18,632 bases of DNA from contig JAWXAQ010000013.1 of assembly GCA_034439575.1 (NCBI GenBank), positions 1-18,632 on the forward strand, given 5' to 3'. A program made the position numbers and the translations under genes. The notes below the pieces were generated by a model. The model saw only the letters and a list, made by a program, of their open reading frames with translations. It did no database searches and was not told the origin of the DNA. Position 1 is the first letter of the stretch, and every line of letters starts with the position of its first letter. Positions 1-8,183 of this stretch are shown here, piece by piece. This DNA is from Leptospira sp. GTDB taxonomy: Bacteria; Spirochaetota; Leptospiria; Leptospirales; Leptospiraceae.

Positions 1-1
1 A

Positions 2-922
2 CATAAAACATATTATGAAAAATTAAATCTATTATCTAAGAAAGTTGCAGAAAGAAAAATAAAGAATCAAGAAATTAATGACTTATCTGAAAAAAGAGAA
101 AAACTAAAGGAGAAACGTTTAACTTTAATTAAAGAACTTAATAATTTTAAAAAGAATTTGTTTGATTTACGATTAGAAAAAATTGCGGAATTAAATAATA
201 AATTTGAAGGCCAAGTAAAAATCACTCTAACTCCAGGTGGAATTACAGAAGAATTCGAATCTAAATTGAAGAATGCTTTAAAGGGGAATAATATTCGTTA
301 CAATACAATAGTTCCTCAAATAATTCAAAATCTTACTCCTGATAGATTTGCTTCAATAATTCATGAAAATAATGCAAATAAATTAAGTACACTATGTAGT
401 ATTGATATTGAAAAATCCCAAATGGTGATTGAAGTTTTGCAAGAAACAGAGCTTATTTATGAAATTGAAAGTATTTACTGCCCTGACCAACCAGACTTTC
501 ATTTGCGGGTTGAACAAAATATTGTAAAAGATGCTCCTGGTAGCAAATTTAAATATAAAAAATCGGACGAATTATCTACTGGCCAAAGGTGTACAACAGT
601 ATTGCCAATAATATTCGCAATATCTAATAATCCATTAATCATAGATCAACCCGAAGATAATTTAGATAATAAGTATATTTCTGATACTATACATAAAATT
701 ATTAATGAACAAAAACAAACTAGACAATTGATTTTTATAACACACAATGCAAATATACCTGTTTTGTCCAATTCAGAGCAGAACATTTTCCTGCAATATG
801 AAAATCAAAAATCGAGCGTTTCTCATCAAGGGAATGTTGATTTTGTTAAAAGTGAAATTTTAAATCTTCTAGAAGGCGGTGCAGATGCTTTTAAGAAAAG
901 AAAATCTCTATACGGTTTTTAA
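2..922 (+). CDS. C-terminal part of an ABC/SMC-type ATPase (TrlF/Ppl-like); 5'-truncated by the window edge
   Basis: The frame is open from position 2, so the 158 start is internal. A coiled-coil region is followed by the signature LSTGQR, Walker B/D-loop LIIDQPEDNLDN, H-loop ITHN and terminal LLEGG..AF..R, as in PHP-ATPase/TrlF-like proteins. Confidence 0.8.
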   Translation, partial: HKTYYEKLNLLSKKVAERKIKNQEINDLSEKREKLKEKRLTLIKELNNFKKNLFDLRLEKIAELNNKFEGQVKITLTPGGITEEFESKLKNALKGNNIRYNTIVPQIIQNLTPDRFASIIHENNANKLSTLCSIDIEKSQMVIEVLQETELIYEIESIYCPDQPDFHLRVEQNIVKDAPGSKFKYKKSDELSTGQRCTTVLPIIFAISNNPLIIDQPEDNLDNKYISDTIHKIINEQKQTRQLIFITHNANIPVLSNSEQNIFLQYENQKSSVSHQGNVDFVKSEILNLLEGGADAFKKRKSLYGF

Positions 923-930
923 AATTTTTT

Positions 931-2751
931 ATGGATCTAAACTCTCTTAAATTACAATATCGGATTGCCTTTGATAAAGAAGATTTTGAATCTATTTCAG
1001 AAATAGTATCAATATTAAATCACGAGAAGTCCGAAAACAAGGATTTGTCACTTGAGTTTTACCGTCAAATTGAGGAGGAAATATTTCAAAGTGGTAGGAG
1101 CATTCGCAATTTAAATTCGAAAGCTTTCGAAGATTCAATAAAAAATGCAATATCCATTGGGAAAACTCAATCCAAGAAACAAAAAACTATAAAACCGATA
1201 ATAAGTCCAGAGCCAAAAGAAATTAAATATTTTCTCGAGTTTTATAATCGACATCAAACTATATTAGAACTCTTGAATGATTTTTTTCTCATCAAATTGT
1301 CGAATATTGAAATATTGGAACGACCAAAAGTCTTATTTTTATGTGACTCTGCTAGTTTACATTTACCATTAATTAAAGAGCTTATGCAAAATGAAGAAAT
1401 TCATGATAATTTAAAATGTATTAAACATGCGATCGAAGATGTATCTACGCTTTTCCCAAACAAGAAAGCAATTGATAATTATCTTTGTCTATTAATCATA
1501 ACTCCGAACTTAAACACTAATATTGAATGGAAGGGATATATTGAACAATTTTTAGGATATTTTGATGAAAAATTATTCATTACTATTAAAAGTCGCAATA
1601 ATCAAATCACATTAAAAGACTATAATGAAGAACCAATTACAGATAAAATAGTTTTAGACATCTTAAACAATATAAACAAAGTTTTTTACAACAAAGTAAT
1701 TACTAATGACCAACAACGTCTGATCAAAAGTTTTTTTCAAAAAATGAGTGGATCGATTACATATCGATTACTAAACCCTGGGGCTAGCGGTGCTTCAGTA
1801 ATTGAAGTTCAAGGTACCTCTATTTATGGCGGTAGCATGAAAAGATACGTTGTCAAGATAGCCCAAAAAACCAATGCTCAAATAAGCAAATTGAGCTCAG
1901 AAATAGATAAGTTTAAAGAATTTGTAAAACATTATTCAACGATTAAAACTACTTATAGTGCAGATTACCATGAAAATGAAACCTTAGAAGCAATTTTTTA
2001 TAATTATGCTTCTGCCGGTAGCCTAACGGATGCATTGCCATTTGCTAATTTACTTACTGATATCTTAAGTAACAAAGGTCAAATCCTAAATGTAACTACT
2101 GCTTTATTGAATTGTGAACTTTTTAATGCCTGGAAAACCTCCTCCAATGAATTTGAAACCTATGGCAATCTTTATCGAGATTATATAAAAAATGAGAAAA
2201 AAATAAGGGAAGCTGTAGCTGAGATTGATGATAAGGAAGTAATCCTTCCCAATCTATTTAATTTTTATGACCATGTGATAAAATTAAAAACAGATATTAA
2301 AAAGAAAATATGCCATGGAGATCTACATACGGATAACTTTTTCTATGATGGAAACTTTGTTACATTGATAGATTTTGGCTTTACTGGTAATCATCATGCA
2401 ATCATTGACCATGTATTCCTAGAAGCCTCAATTAGGTTTAAACATTTTCCAAAATATATTCCTATTTCCGAATTAATTGATTATGAAAATAAATTTTCTG
2501 ATATCAAAAGTTTTAAGGACGATTTTAATTTAGATTTCATCAAGCGACCAAATCTAAAGATCTATTACGAAATTATATCCCTTATTCGCAAGGATTCATT
2601 AAAATATCTCGTAAATCAAAATGAACCTACTGAATATCTTTTATCTCTTTTCTTGATATCTTTTAGACAAATTCAATATCCAGACTTAAATCAAATTTAT
2701 GCACTTAGATTTTCGGATGCTTTATCGAAAATAATTAAATTAAGCACTTAA
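931..2751 (+). CDS. APH/phosphotransferase-like kinase (TCAD9-like) with a long N-terminal extension, 606 aa
   Basis: Gly loop PGASGASV, VVK lysine, catalytic HGDLHTDN and IDFG. Starts 8 bp after the ATPase stop. Confidence 0.75.
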   Translation: MDLNSLKLQYRIAFDKEDFESISEIVSILNHEKSENKDLSLEFYRQIEEEIFQSGRSIRNLNSKAFEDSIKNAISIGKTQSKKQKTIKPIISPEPKEIKYFLEFYNRHQTILELLNDFFLIKLSNIEILERPKVLFLCDSASLHLPLIKELMQNEEIHDNLKCIKHAIEDVSTLFPNKKAIDNYLCLLIITPNLNTNIEWKGYIEQFLGYFDEKLFITIKSRNNQITLKDYNEEPITDKIVLDILNNINKVFYNKVITNDQQRLIKSFFQKMSGSITYRLLNPGASGASVIEVQGTSIYGGSMKRYVVKIAQKTNAQISKLSSEIDKFKEFVKHYSTIKTTYSADYHENETLEAIFYNYASAGSLTDALPFANLLTDILSNKGQILNVTTALLNCELFNAWKTSSNEFETYGNLYRDYIKNEKKIREAVAEIDDKEVILPNLFNFYDHVIKLKTDIKKKICHGDLHTDNFFYDGNFVTLIDFGFTGNHHAIIDHVFLEASIRFKHFPKYIPISELIDYENKFSDIKSFKDDFNLDFIKRPNLKIYYEIISLIRKDSLKYLVNQNEPTEYLLSLFLISFRQIQYPDLNQIYALRFSDALSKIIKLST

Positions 2752-2766
2752 AGTATGAGAATTACG

Positions 2767-3118
2767 GGCATTATGCAGAACCTTTCGCAAAATCAAAATT
2801 AGACTCTCTCAGGCGAATAGCAATTGGCTTTCAAAATTTAATTTATCTAATTTGCTTACGTCAAGATATTTTTTATTTCCCCATTGAGAACTAGCTATAT
2901 GCCTTAATCTTGCTGTAGCGAACATTAGAGCAGGCTCTACATCTGGGAATGATCCAATTGTCAGAGACAACTAATTTGACACCTGTTAATCCAAATGCCT
3001 TAGAAATCCATACCATACTTCCTTATCTTCCTTGGCACCATCCATTGATCCTGAAACCTCTTTATTTCCCTGAATGCTTTGAGTTTCTTTTTTTATCTCC
3101 AGATAAATGCAAACTTTT
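2767..3118 (-). mobile_element. IS256-family relic with internal deletions and a retained right end
   Basis: Minus-strand fragments read FREI (3063-3074), DGAKEDKEVWYGFLRHL (2992-3042), GLTGVKLVVSD (2960-2992) and GSFPDVEPALMFATARLRHIASSQWGNKKYLD...FA* (2809-2955), matching the Mutator/IS256 transposase core and C-terminus. GGCATTATGCAGAACCTTTCGCAAAA (2767-2792) resembles an IS256-type terminal repeat. Confidence 0.8.
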
Positions 3119-3135
3119 ATTATGCGATGTGGATG

Positions 3136-4815
3136 TTATATTATTTTCCATGTTATGATAGCTAATTTTGCTAAATATTTTTGCCTATTATCGATAGACT
3201 CTTTATTCCATTCGCTATTGCTGATTAGCGAATTAGTTAATTTGAATGATGATAGTTGATAAATACTTTTTTTCTTTCCGAATGAATCATCTTTTATACC
3301 AGAATTACTTTTTTTCTTCAATAAGCAAAGATTTCCCATTCGTCGGAAGTAGAATTGATGATCACCCTCAGTAAAATAATTCCAATTTGGACTTAGTTTT
3401 TGCGGTAGGATATGTTCAAGTGTAATTTGTTCTGAATTATCGTTTATAATAAATTCTGGTTCTTTTTCATCTATTAATGTTTTCTCTAACGATCTTAACA
3501 AATATCGTGCGACCTCGGGTTTATTTGAGGAATAAGCAGCAAATGATTTTTCAAATTCCTCATCTGTAGGAATAATTTTTTTCATTTCATCTAACAATGA
3601 ATCTGCAGTTTTAATTTTCTTATCATTTATTAATTTTGCCTTTTCAGAGAAGTTAATTTCTAGTCCTGAACTTCCTAATCTTCCGCTAATTATAAATCTT
3701 ATAGTCCACGATAATAATCTCTTTATAGTTTTTTCTAATTCATGTTTCTCAAAATTTTGTAATATAGATAAAAGCAAAGGCCTGTTCTGTTGCATTCCAA
3801 GCATTTTTAAAATCGATATTGCACTTTTGGTTTCTAAATTATACTTTTCCCAAACCTCATGATCTGTATTTAATAAAGCAGTATAATAATAAGAAGCAAA
3901 AACTAAATTTTCTGATTGTTGAAGTGCTTCTGTACTGTTAGAAATATTATTCTTAATTTTTGAAAATAACTCTCTTTGTCGTGTTAATCCTTCTTGTGTT
4001 GACCAGTAATGGCGAATAAAATCGACGAGCAAATTTTCTTTATCTATTGCTTCAAGAGAAGAAGTCATTTCAATCCAATTTGATTGAACAGATTTTATTT
4101 TCTTTCCGGATTTCGAAAATAAAAGGTTTTTTAATAAATCTGATACAGTGAGAACTAGTCCGCGATCATTAAGAGTCTCAAAAATTGTATAAGCATATGA
4201 ATAATCTTCGACTTGAATCCAAATTACTTTTACATTTTCCTTTATGAAGTTTATCCATTTTGCAAATTGTTCATTTTTTTCCTTATTTCCTATAATTTCT
4301 TTTTTTATAAACTTAATAGCAAGTTTATAAGCCAATAAAAGTTTCTCATGTGATTCTTTATTGAAACTAGAAGAATTTTTTTTATTTCTCGAAACAATAT
4401 GATCGCTATAGAATATATTGTCTTCTGTGTTTAATTGTAGATTTTGAATTAATTCTAGGGATTCTATATCTTTTGAAAAAAGATAATCCTTTTCAATAAT
4501 GTCAGCCCTTTCCGTATCTCCAATATCGATAAGTATATCTCTAAATGCAGTCAGTAAAATGGAAGTTGTAGCAATTCTTTGCTGGCCATCTACTATTTCG
4601 CTATAGCCATCTTCAGTTTTTAATACTACTATGGAACCTAAGAAATAATCTTCATTTTTATGTGAAACTGATTCATTGATATCCTCAAATAAATCATTAA
4701 TTTGTTTTTCTTCCCATGAGTAGGATCTTTGGAATGGAGGTACTGAAAGCTTTCCTTCGGATAATACCTTTCCGATTCCCTTAATATCAATTTGAGACTT
4801 ATCTATTTTATTCAT
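3136..4815 (-). CDS. gmrSD: DUF262-DUF1524 fused GmrSD-type (type IV, modification-dependent) restriction endonuclease; SspE has the same architecture
   Basis: Motifs VPPFQRSYSW, IVDGQQR and IFETLNDRG (DUF262), and LEHILPQ...GNLCLL....N (HNH, DUF1524). Confidence 0.9.
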   Translation of the reverse strand: MNKIDKSQIDIKGIGKVLSEGKLSVPPFQRSYSWEEKQINDLFEDINESVSHKNEDYFLGSIVVLKTEDGYSEIVDGQQRIATTSILLTAFRDILIDIGDTERADIIEKDYLFSKDIESLELIQNLQLNTEDNIFYSDHIVSRNKKNSSSFNKESHEKLLLAYKLAIKFIKKEIIGNKEKNEQFAKWINFIKENVKVIWIQVEDYSYAYTIFETLNDRGLVLTVSDLLKNLLFSKSGKKIKSVQSNWIEMTSSLEAIDKENLLVDFIRHYWSTQEGLTRQRELFSKIKNNISNSTEALQQSENLVFASYYYTALLNTDHEVWEKYNLETKSAISILKMLGMQQNRPLLLSILQNFEKHELEKTIKRLLSWTIRFIISGRLGSSGLEINFSEKAKLINDKKIKTADSLLDEMKKIIPTDEEFEKSFAAYSSNKPEVARYLLRSLEKTLIDEKEPEFIINDNSEQITLEHILPQKLSPNWNYFTEGDHQFYFRRMGNLCLLKKKSNSGIKDDSFGKKKSIYQLSSFKLTNSLISNSEWNKESIDNRQKYLAKLAIITWKII

Positions 4816-4838
4816 ACAAAGTTTTTTTCAACAATTTC

Positions 4839-5001
4839 GTATAACGAACTAGTCTTACCGAAAGTTTCCTGACCCAGAGTCCCGAATAGGACGTGATTGA
4901 CTAGCACGTAGCCTGCGTATGCAAGCGAGTGACAGAAGAGGACTGTGGCGTAGCACGAGCGCGGGCTTGTGCCGAATCGTAGAGTTAAGTCGCTCTTATG
5001 C
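4839..5001 (-). repeat. Long attC-like site (163 bp)
   Basis: GC-rich island in AT-rich DNA between two co-oriented genes. Minus strand: R''-like GCATAAG, 5 bp, CTTAAC ... GTAAG, then R'-like GTTATAC. Internal hairpins GCTTGC-ATAC-GCAGGC and GTCCT-ATTC-GGGAC. The next ATG is about 30 bp after the GTT. Confidence 0.7.
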
Positions 5002-5029
5002 GTAGCATGCAAATTATAATGTTAAATGT

Positions 5030-6217
5030 TTAGTAGTTATCGAATTCAAAATCTTCAATTACTTCGGGTTGCTTATCATGAGAACTCCAGTTGAGTATGT
5101 CAAAACTGCCCTTAGAAAGTCGATAATTTGTCGCATTGGGGTTTAAATATATATAGGTTTTATATAGATTTTCCCCTTTTTGTATAACACTATTATCTAC
5201 TATGAAAACTATTCCACTAATTTTTTCAGATATTTCTTGCTGCGTAATAGGTACTTGGATACCCAATGCTGAACTAATATCATCCTTACAATTCTTAAAT
5301 TCTATGAAAATTCTTCGTGAAAATGCTCTATAAAATGTTTCAGTCAAGCTACTTCCAATCGCTTCGCGATTAAACCAAGGATTTATTACAAAAGTTAAAA
5401 GGCTAGGCTCGTCAATTAGTAGTTTATTATAATAATCTAACCCTTTGAATTTATTCTTTTGAGCTGCTTCATAAGGGTTAAATGTATCTTCAGTGATGAG
5501 ACTTACTATTTTGTTGCCATTTGGATACGCCATTCTGAATTTATATATATTTCCGCTTATTGTTGAGTAATTTAAAATAGCTTTATCGTCATTAATCGCC
5601 TCAACTAGGGCATCGATTAACTTTCTATTTTTTAATTCTACTTGTATATCTGATTTTACGGAAAGATAATTTCCTCCATTAAGGTGCTCTATTCCGATTA
5701 GAAAGTCTTTATTTGGTATTAGTTTTTCGACTTCTTCAATTATTCTATCTATTAGTTCGAAGTGAGTTGGAATGAATGACTTAACATCCATATATATTTT
5801 TTTAAATTTAAGGTTAAAAGAAAGATCTAAGTCTAGGGTTTCTTGCCCTATTTTTTTTGCTAAACTATTTGGCATTAGATTGACATCACCTTTTACAACA
5901 AACTTGAAATCATCCAAATCTTTGAAGCTTGTCCAGTAATCCAATGCAACGAGTTCAGAATATGGCCCAGACCATTTATATCCTTTTTTGTTACCAATAT
6001 CTTTTACCGTATTTTTTAGTTCTTGGTAGTCTCCAGGTATGGATTGGAATTTACTTTTTAATCGAATCAGTCGATTTATAAAATTCGTATTAAATTCGGT
6101 ATACTGAGAATTATTCAGAGCGCCGATACAATTATTTGTTAAGTTTAAGTTCTGATAATGAACTTCCTCTTCAAAAATTTCTTTGTAAATTCTTTTAAAA
6201 TTTTCTAAATCACTCAT
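5030..6217 (-). CDS. Hypothetical protein, possible PD-(D/E)xK nuclease fold (395 aa from MSDLE)
   Basis: The ATG at 6217 has an AGGA RBS, while the 6259 start overlaps the cassette end repeat. Motif order is YSELVALDY ... LDLDLSF ... YMDVKS (DVK at 5780-5788). Confidence 0.55.
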   Translation of the reverse strand: MSDLENFKRIYKEIFEEEVHYQNLNLTNNCIGALNNSQYTEFNTNFINRLIRLKSKFQSIPGDYQELKNTVKDIGNKKGYKWSGPYSELVALDYWTSFKDLDDFKFVVKGDVNLMPNSLAKKIGQETLDLDLSFNLKFKKIYMDVKSFIPTHFELIDRIIEEVEKLIPNKDFLIGIEHLNGGNYLSVKSDIQVELKNRKLIDALVEAINDDKAILNYSTISGNIYKFRMAYPNGNKIVSLITEDTFNPYEAAQKNKFKGLDYYNKLLIDEPSLLTFVINPWFNREAIGSSLTETFYRAFSRRIFIEFKNCKDDISSALGIQVPITQQEISEKISGIVFIVDNSVIQKGENLYKTYIYLNPNATNYRLSKGSFDILNWSSHDKQPEVIEDFEFDNY

Positions 6218-6545
6218 TTTGTTTATCCTATATTTATTTAAATTTTGCATATTACACATAAAGGATTAGGCAAGACGACGTTTTACCTAAGCGTCTCTGC
6301 AGAAGTTATTATGTAACAAATGCTCGGCGAAAATAGGGTTCGATTCTGCGAATAATGTAACCAATGTAAGAAACTACCGAGAGACATATTCTGATCGTTC
6401 GAAATAGCATTTGTCAGACTAAAGCCAATAATCGTCCGCCGAACTTTTATCCAGAAATCCAAATCAGAATAAAAGTTTGATCCCTTGAATGCAAACCACT
6501 TTCTTAACCCGTCCGCAGAATTTCCGACGTATCCAGGAAGCAATT

Positions 6546-6765
6546 TCGTATAACGAATTTCGCTCATTATTCGTATAACATCTCTAGTTTTAACATATGA
6601 ACGCAATACATTTTTAACACCTGCTAGATGTTTTTTAATCTTTCAAGATCTGTTTTATGTCTCAATTTTCGAATACTTTCACATTTGAAATCTCAAATTG
6701 CTTTTGAATACCTCTTCTTTTGACGCAATATGGCACTTCCCATAATCAACATTATGTCGCATAAC
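6546..6765 (-). repeat. Cassette leader copy 1 (attI-like GTTA boxes plus dif-like site)
   Basis: TAAC boxes end at 6554, 6579, 6594 and 6618. A 40-bp block at 6600-6639 is 39/40 identical to 8238-8277, and 6658-6675 is 17/18 identical to 8297-8314. GCACTTCCCATAAT is shared with copy 2. Confidence 0.75.
6735..6762 (+). other. XerC/D dif-like site
   Basis: ACTTCCCATAA-TCAACA-TTATGTCGCAT has the 11-6-11 layout; compare B. subtilis dif ACTTCCTAGAA-TATATA-TTATGTAAACT. Confidence 0.6.
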
Positions 6766-6923
6766 AAACAGTATGCGATTGTATGGAAAGGCACATCGGT
6801 AACTCTTTGAACAAGTCACAGGGGTTACAGATTTATTCGTCTATTATATGCAAGAGCTTTTGATATTTCAAGACTTTACTTGTATATAAATCTAAAATAC
6901 CAATGATTGCGGTCGCAAAGTAT

Positions 6924-7004
6924 ATCTAACAGCTCAGCCTGCAGCGCAGGCGTTAGTCCCGAGCGTAGTGTGTGCCGAAGCATTGCATTGAATCGCAGTT
7001 ATGC
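6924..7004 (-). repeat. attC-like site (81 bp)
   Basis: Minus strand GCATAAC ... GTTAGAT (canonical GTTRRRY), about 20 bp after the stop of the 7024 gene. GC-rich, and shares TTCGGCACA, CGCTCG and TCGGGACT with the 4839-5001 site. Confidence 0.75.
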
Positions 7005-7023
7005 GACATTGAATTCTATAATT

Positions 7024-8157
7024 TCATTTTTTTGGTGCAAATCGAATCAGAATATTTTTAATTCCCGATCCATCTTTCACATTTAAATCTATATCTTTAC
7101 CAATTTGATTATTTATAAGTTCGTTATATGTGATCCAAGCTTCACCGATAAGATCATCATTTTCTATATCTTTATCAATTACGCCGAATTGAAGTAAGTC
7201 TCCTTCATTTAGTGTATAATTTTTTTCGAGATTAAACGTTGGGTCTAAAATGTCTTGAATTTTATCAGAGGTAAAAAATAGTTCACCATTTAAAAATATT
7301 TTTAGAAATGGATCTGGTTTTCCTCCTAGTGCATCCCATGCCTTATCTACTCTGGGTTTTAAATTTGAAATTTTCACTTTTATATATTTAATTCGATATT
7401 CTTCGCCTGTTTTAAATTTTGCACTTTGGAAGTTAATGGGCATTGATTGAAAAGGAGTTAAAACTTCATATTCAATGAAAATAGGTACTTCCTTTTGTGA
7501 AACATTAAAATGATTTTTAACTTCAAATGGATTTGTTATTATATTTGGCGAATTATTGACGCTGCTTAATCCAATGAGTTTAATTTGATTTTCAAGCTTG
7601 AATTCTCCTAAGGTATAATTGATATCAGCATTCGGCAGTATGTTCGATAGAGACATTAGTTTCAATCTAGCTTCGCTATTGAAATCAGATTGCGTTCCGC
7701 TTATAATGTAATGAATAGACCAACCATAATATATTCTTTTTAGAAAGAGTTTTGCGTTGGGATTTGCGACTCCGCTAGAGTGATAGGATACTGTTTTTGA
7801 AATGTGGTAAACAGAAAGAACTGCAAATCTCTTTTCCTCTGCTATCCTTGTCTCCCCGCTTAGAATCCCGAGAAAATTTGCATTGGCAGACAGTGAAAAA
7901 TTATTTTCTAAAATATTTAGCTCGGAAATGTATCTTTCTTCAGTAGTGGTTTCTATTTCTCCGGATTCAAATGCACTGATATTCTGCATTTTTAAATCTT
8001 CCTTAAAAGAGTTTCCTAATTGCTTCTGGCTTACTCCAACAGGTGCAGGAATTTTTATTAAGTCATGTTTTTGGTAATTTCCATATTTTTCAATACTCTG
8101 CTGGGCGCTTATAATCGTCGTAATAAAGATAATAATTGTTAAAAATTTGATATTCAT
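7024..8157 (-). CDS. Secreted protein with a C-terminal C2 domain and a possible MACPF/CDC-like N-terminal domain (377 aa from MNIKF)
   Basis: AAGGA RBS before the ATG at 8157. Signal peptide MNIKFLTIIIFITTIISA. C2 motifs WDALGGKPDPFLKI, QDILDPTFN and VIDKDIENDDLIG with Ca2+-type aspartates. The N-domain assignment is tentative. Confidence 0.7.
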   Translation of the reverse strand: MNIKFLTIIIFITTIISAQQSIEKYGNYQKHDLIKIPAPVGVSQKQLGNSFKEDLKMQNISAFESGEIETTTEERYISELNILENNFSLSANANFLGILSGETRIAEEKRFAVLSVYHISKTVSYHSSGVANPNAKLFLKRIYYGWSIHYIISGTQSDFNSEARLKLMSLSNILPNADINYTLGEFKLENQIKLIGLSSVNNSPNIITNPFEVKNHFNVSQKEVPIFIEYEVLTPFQSMPINFQSAKFKTGEEYRIKYIKVKISNLKPRVDKAWDALGGKPDPFLKIFLNGELFFTSDKIQDILDPTFNLEKNYTLNEGDLLQFGVIDKDIENDDLIGEAWITYNELINNQIGKDIDLNVKDGSGIKNILIRFAPKK

Positions 8158-8183
8158 CTTTTCCTTATAGATATTATTCAATG

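Noticed and set aside
2754-2781. Possible dif-like site TATGAGAATTA-CGGGCA-TTATGCAGAAC
   Set aside because: One arm is poor, and the sequence is better explained as the IS256 terminal repeat.
2949-3158. 69-aa plus-strand ORF
   Set aside because: Antisense shadow of the IS256 relic, overlapping the gmrSD stop.
4812-5012. 66-aa minus-strand ORF
   Set aside because: Read-through of the GC-rich attC-like element.
6283-6606. 107-aa minus-strand ORF
   Set aside because: TTG start inside the repeated leader, crosses the GTTA boxes, and has no RBS or motif.
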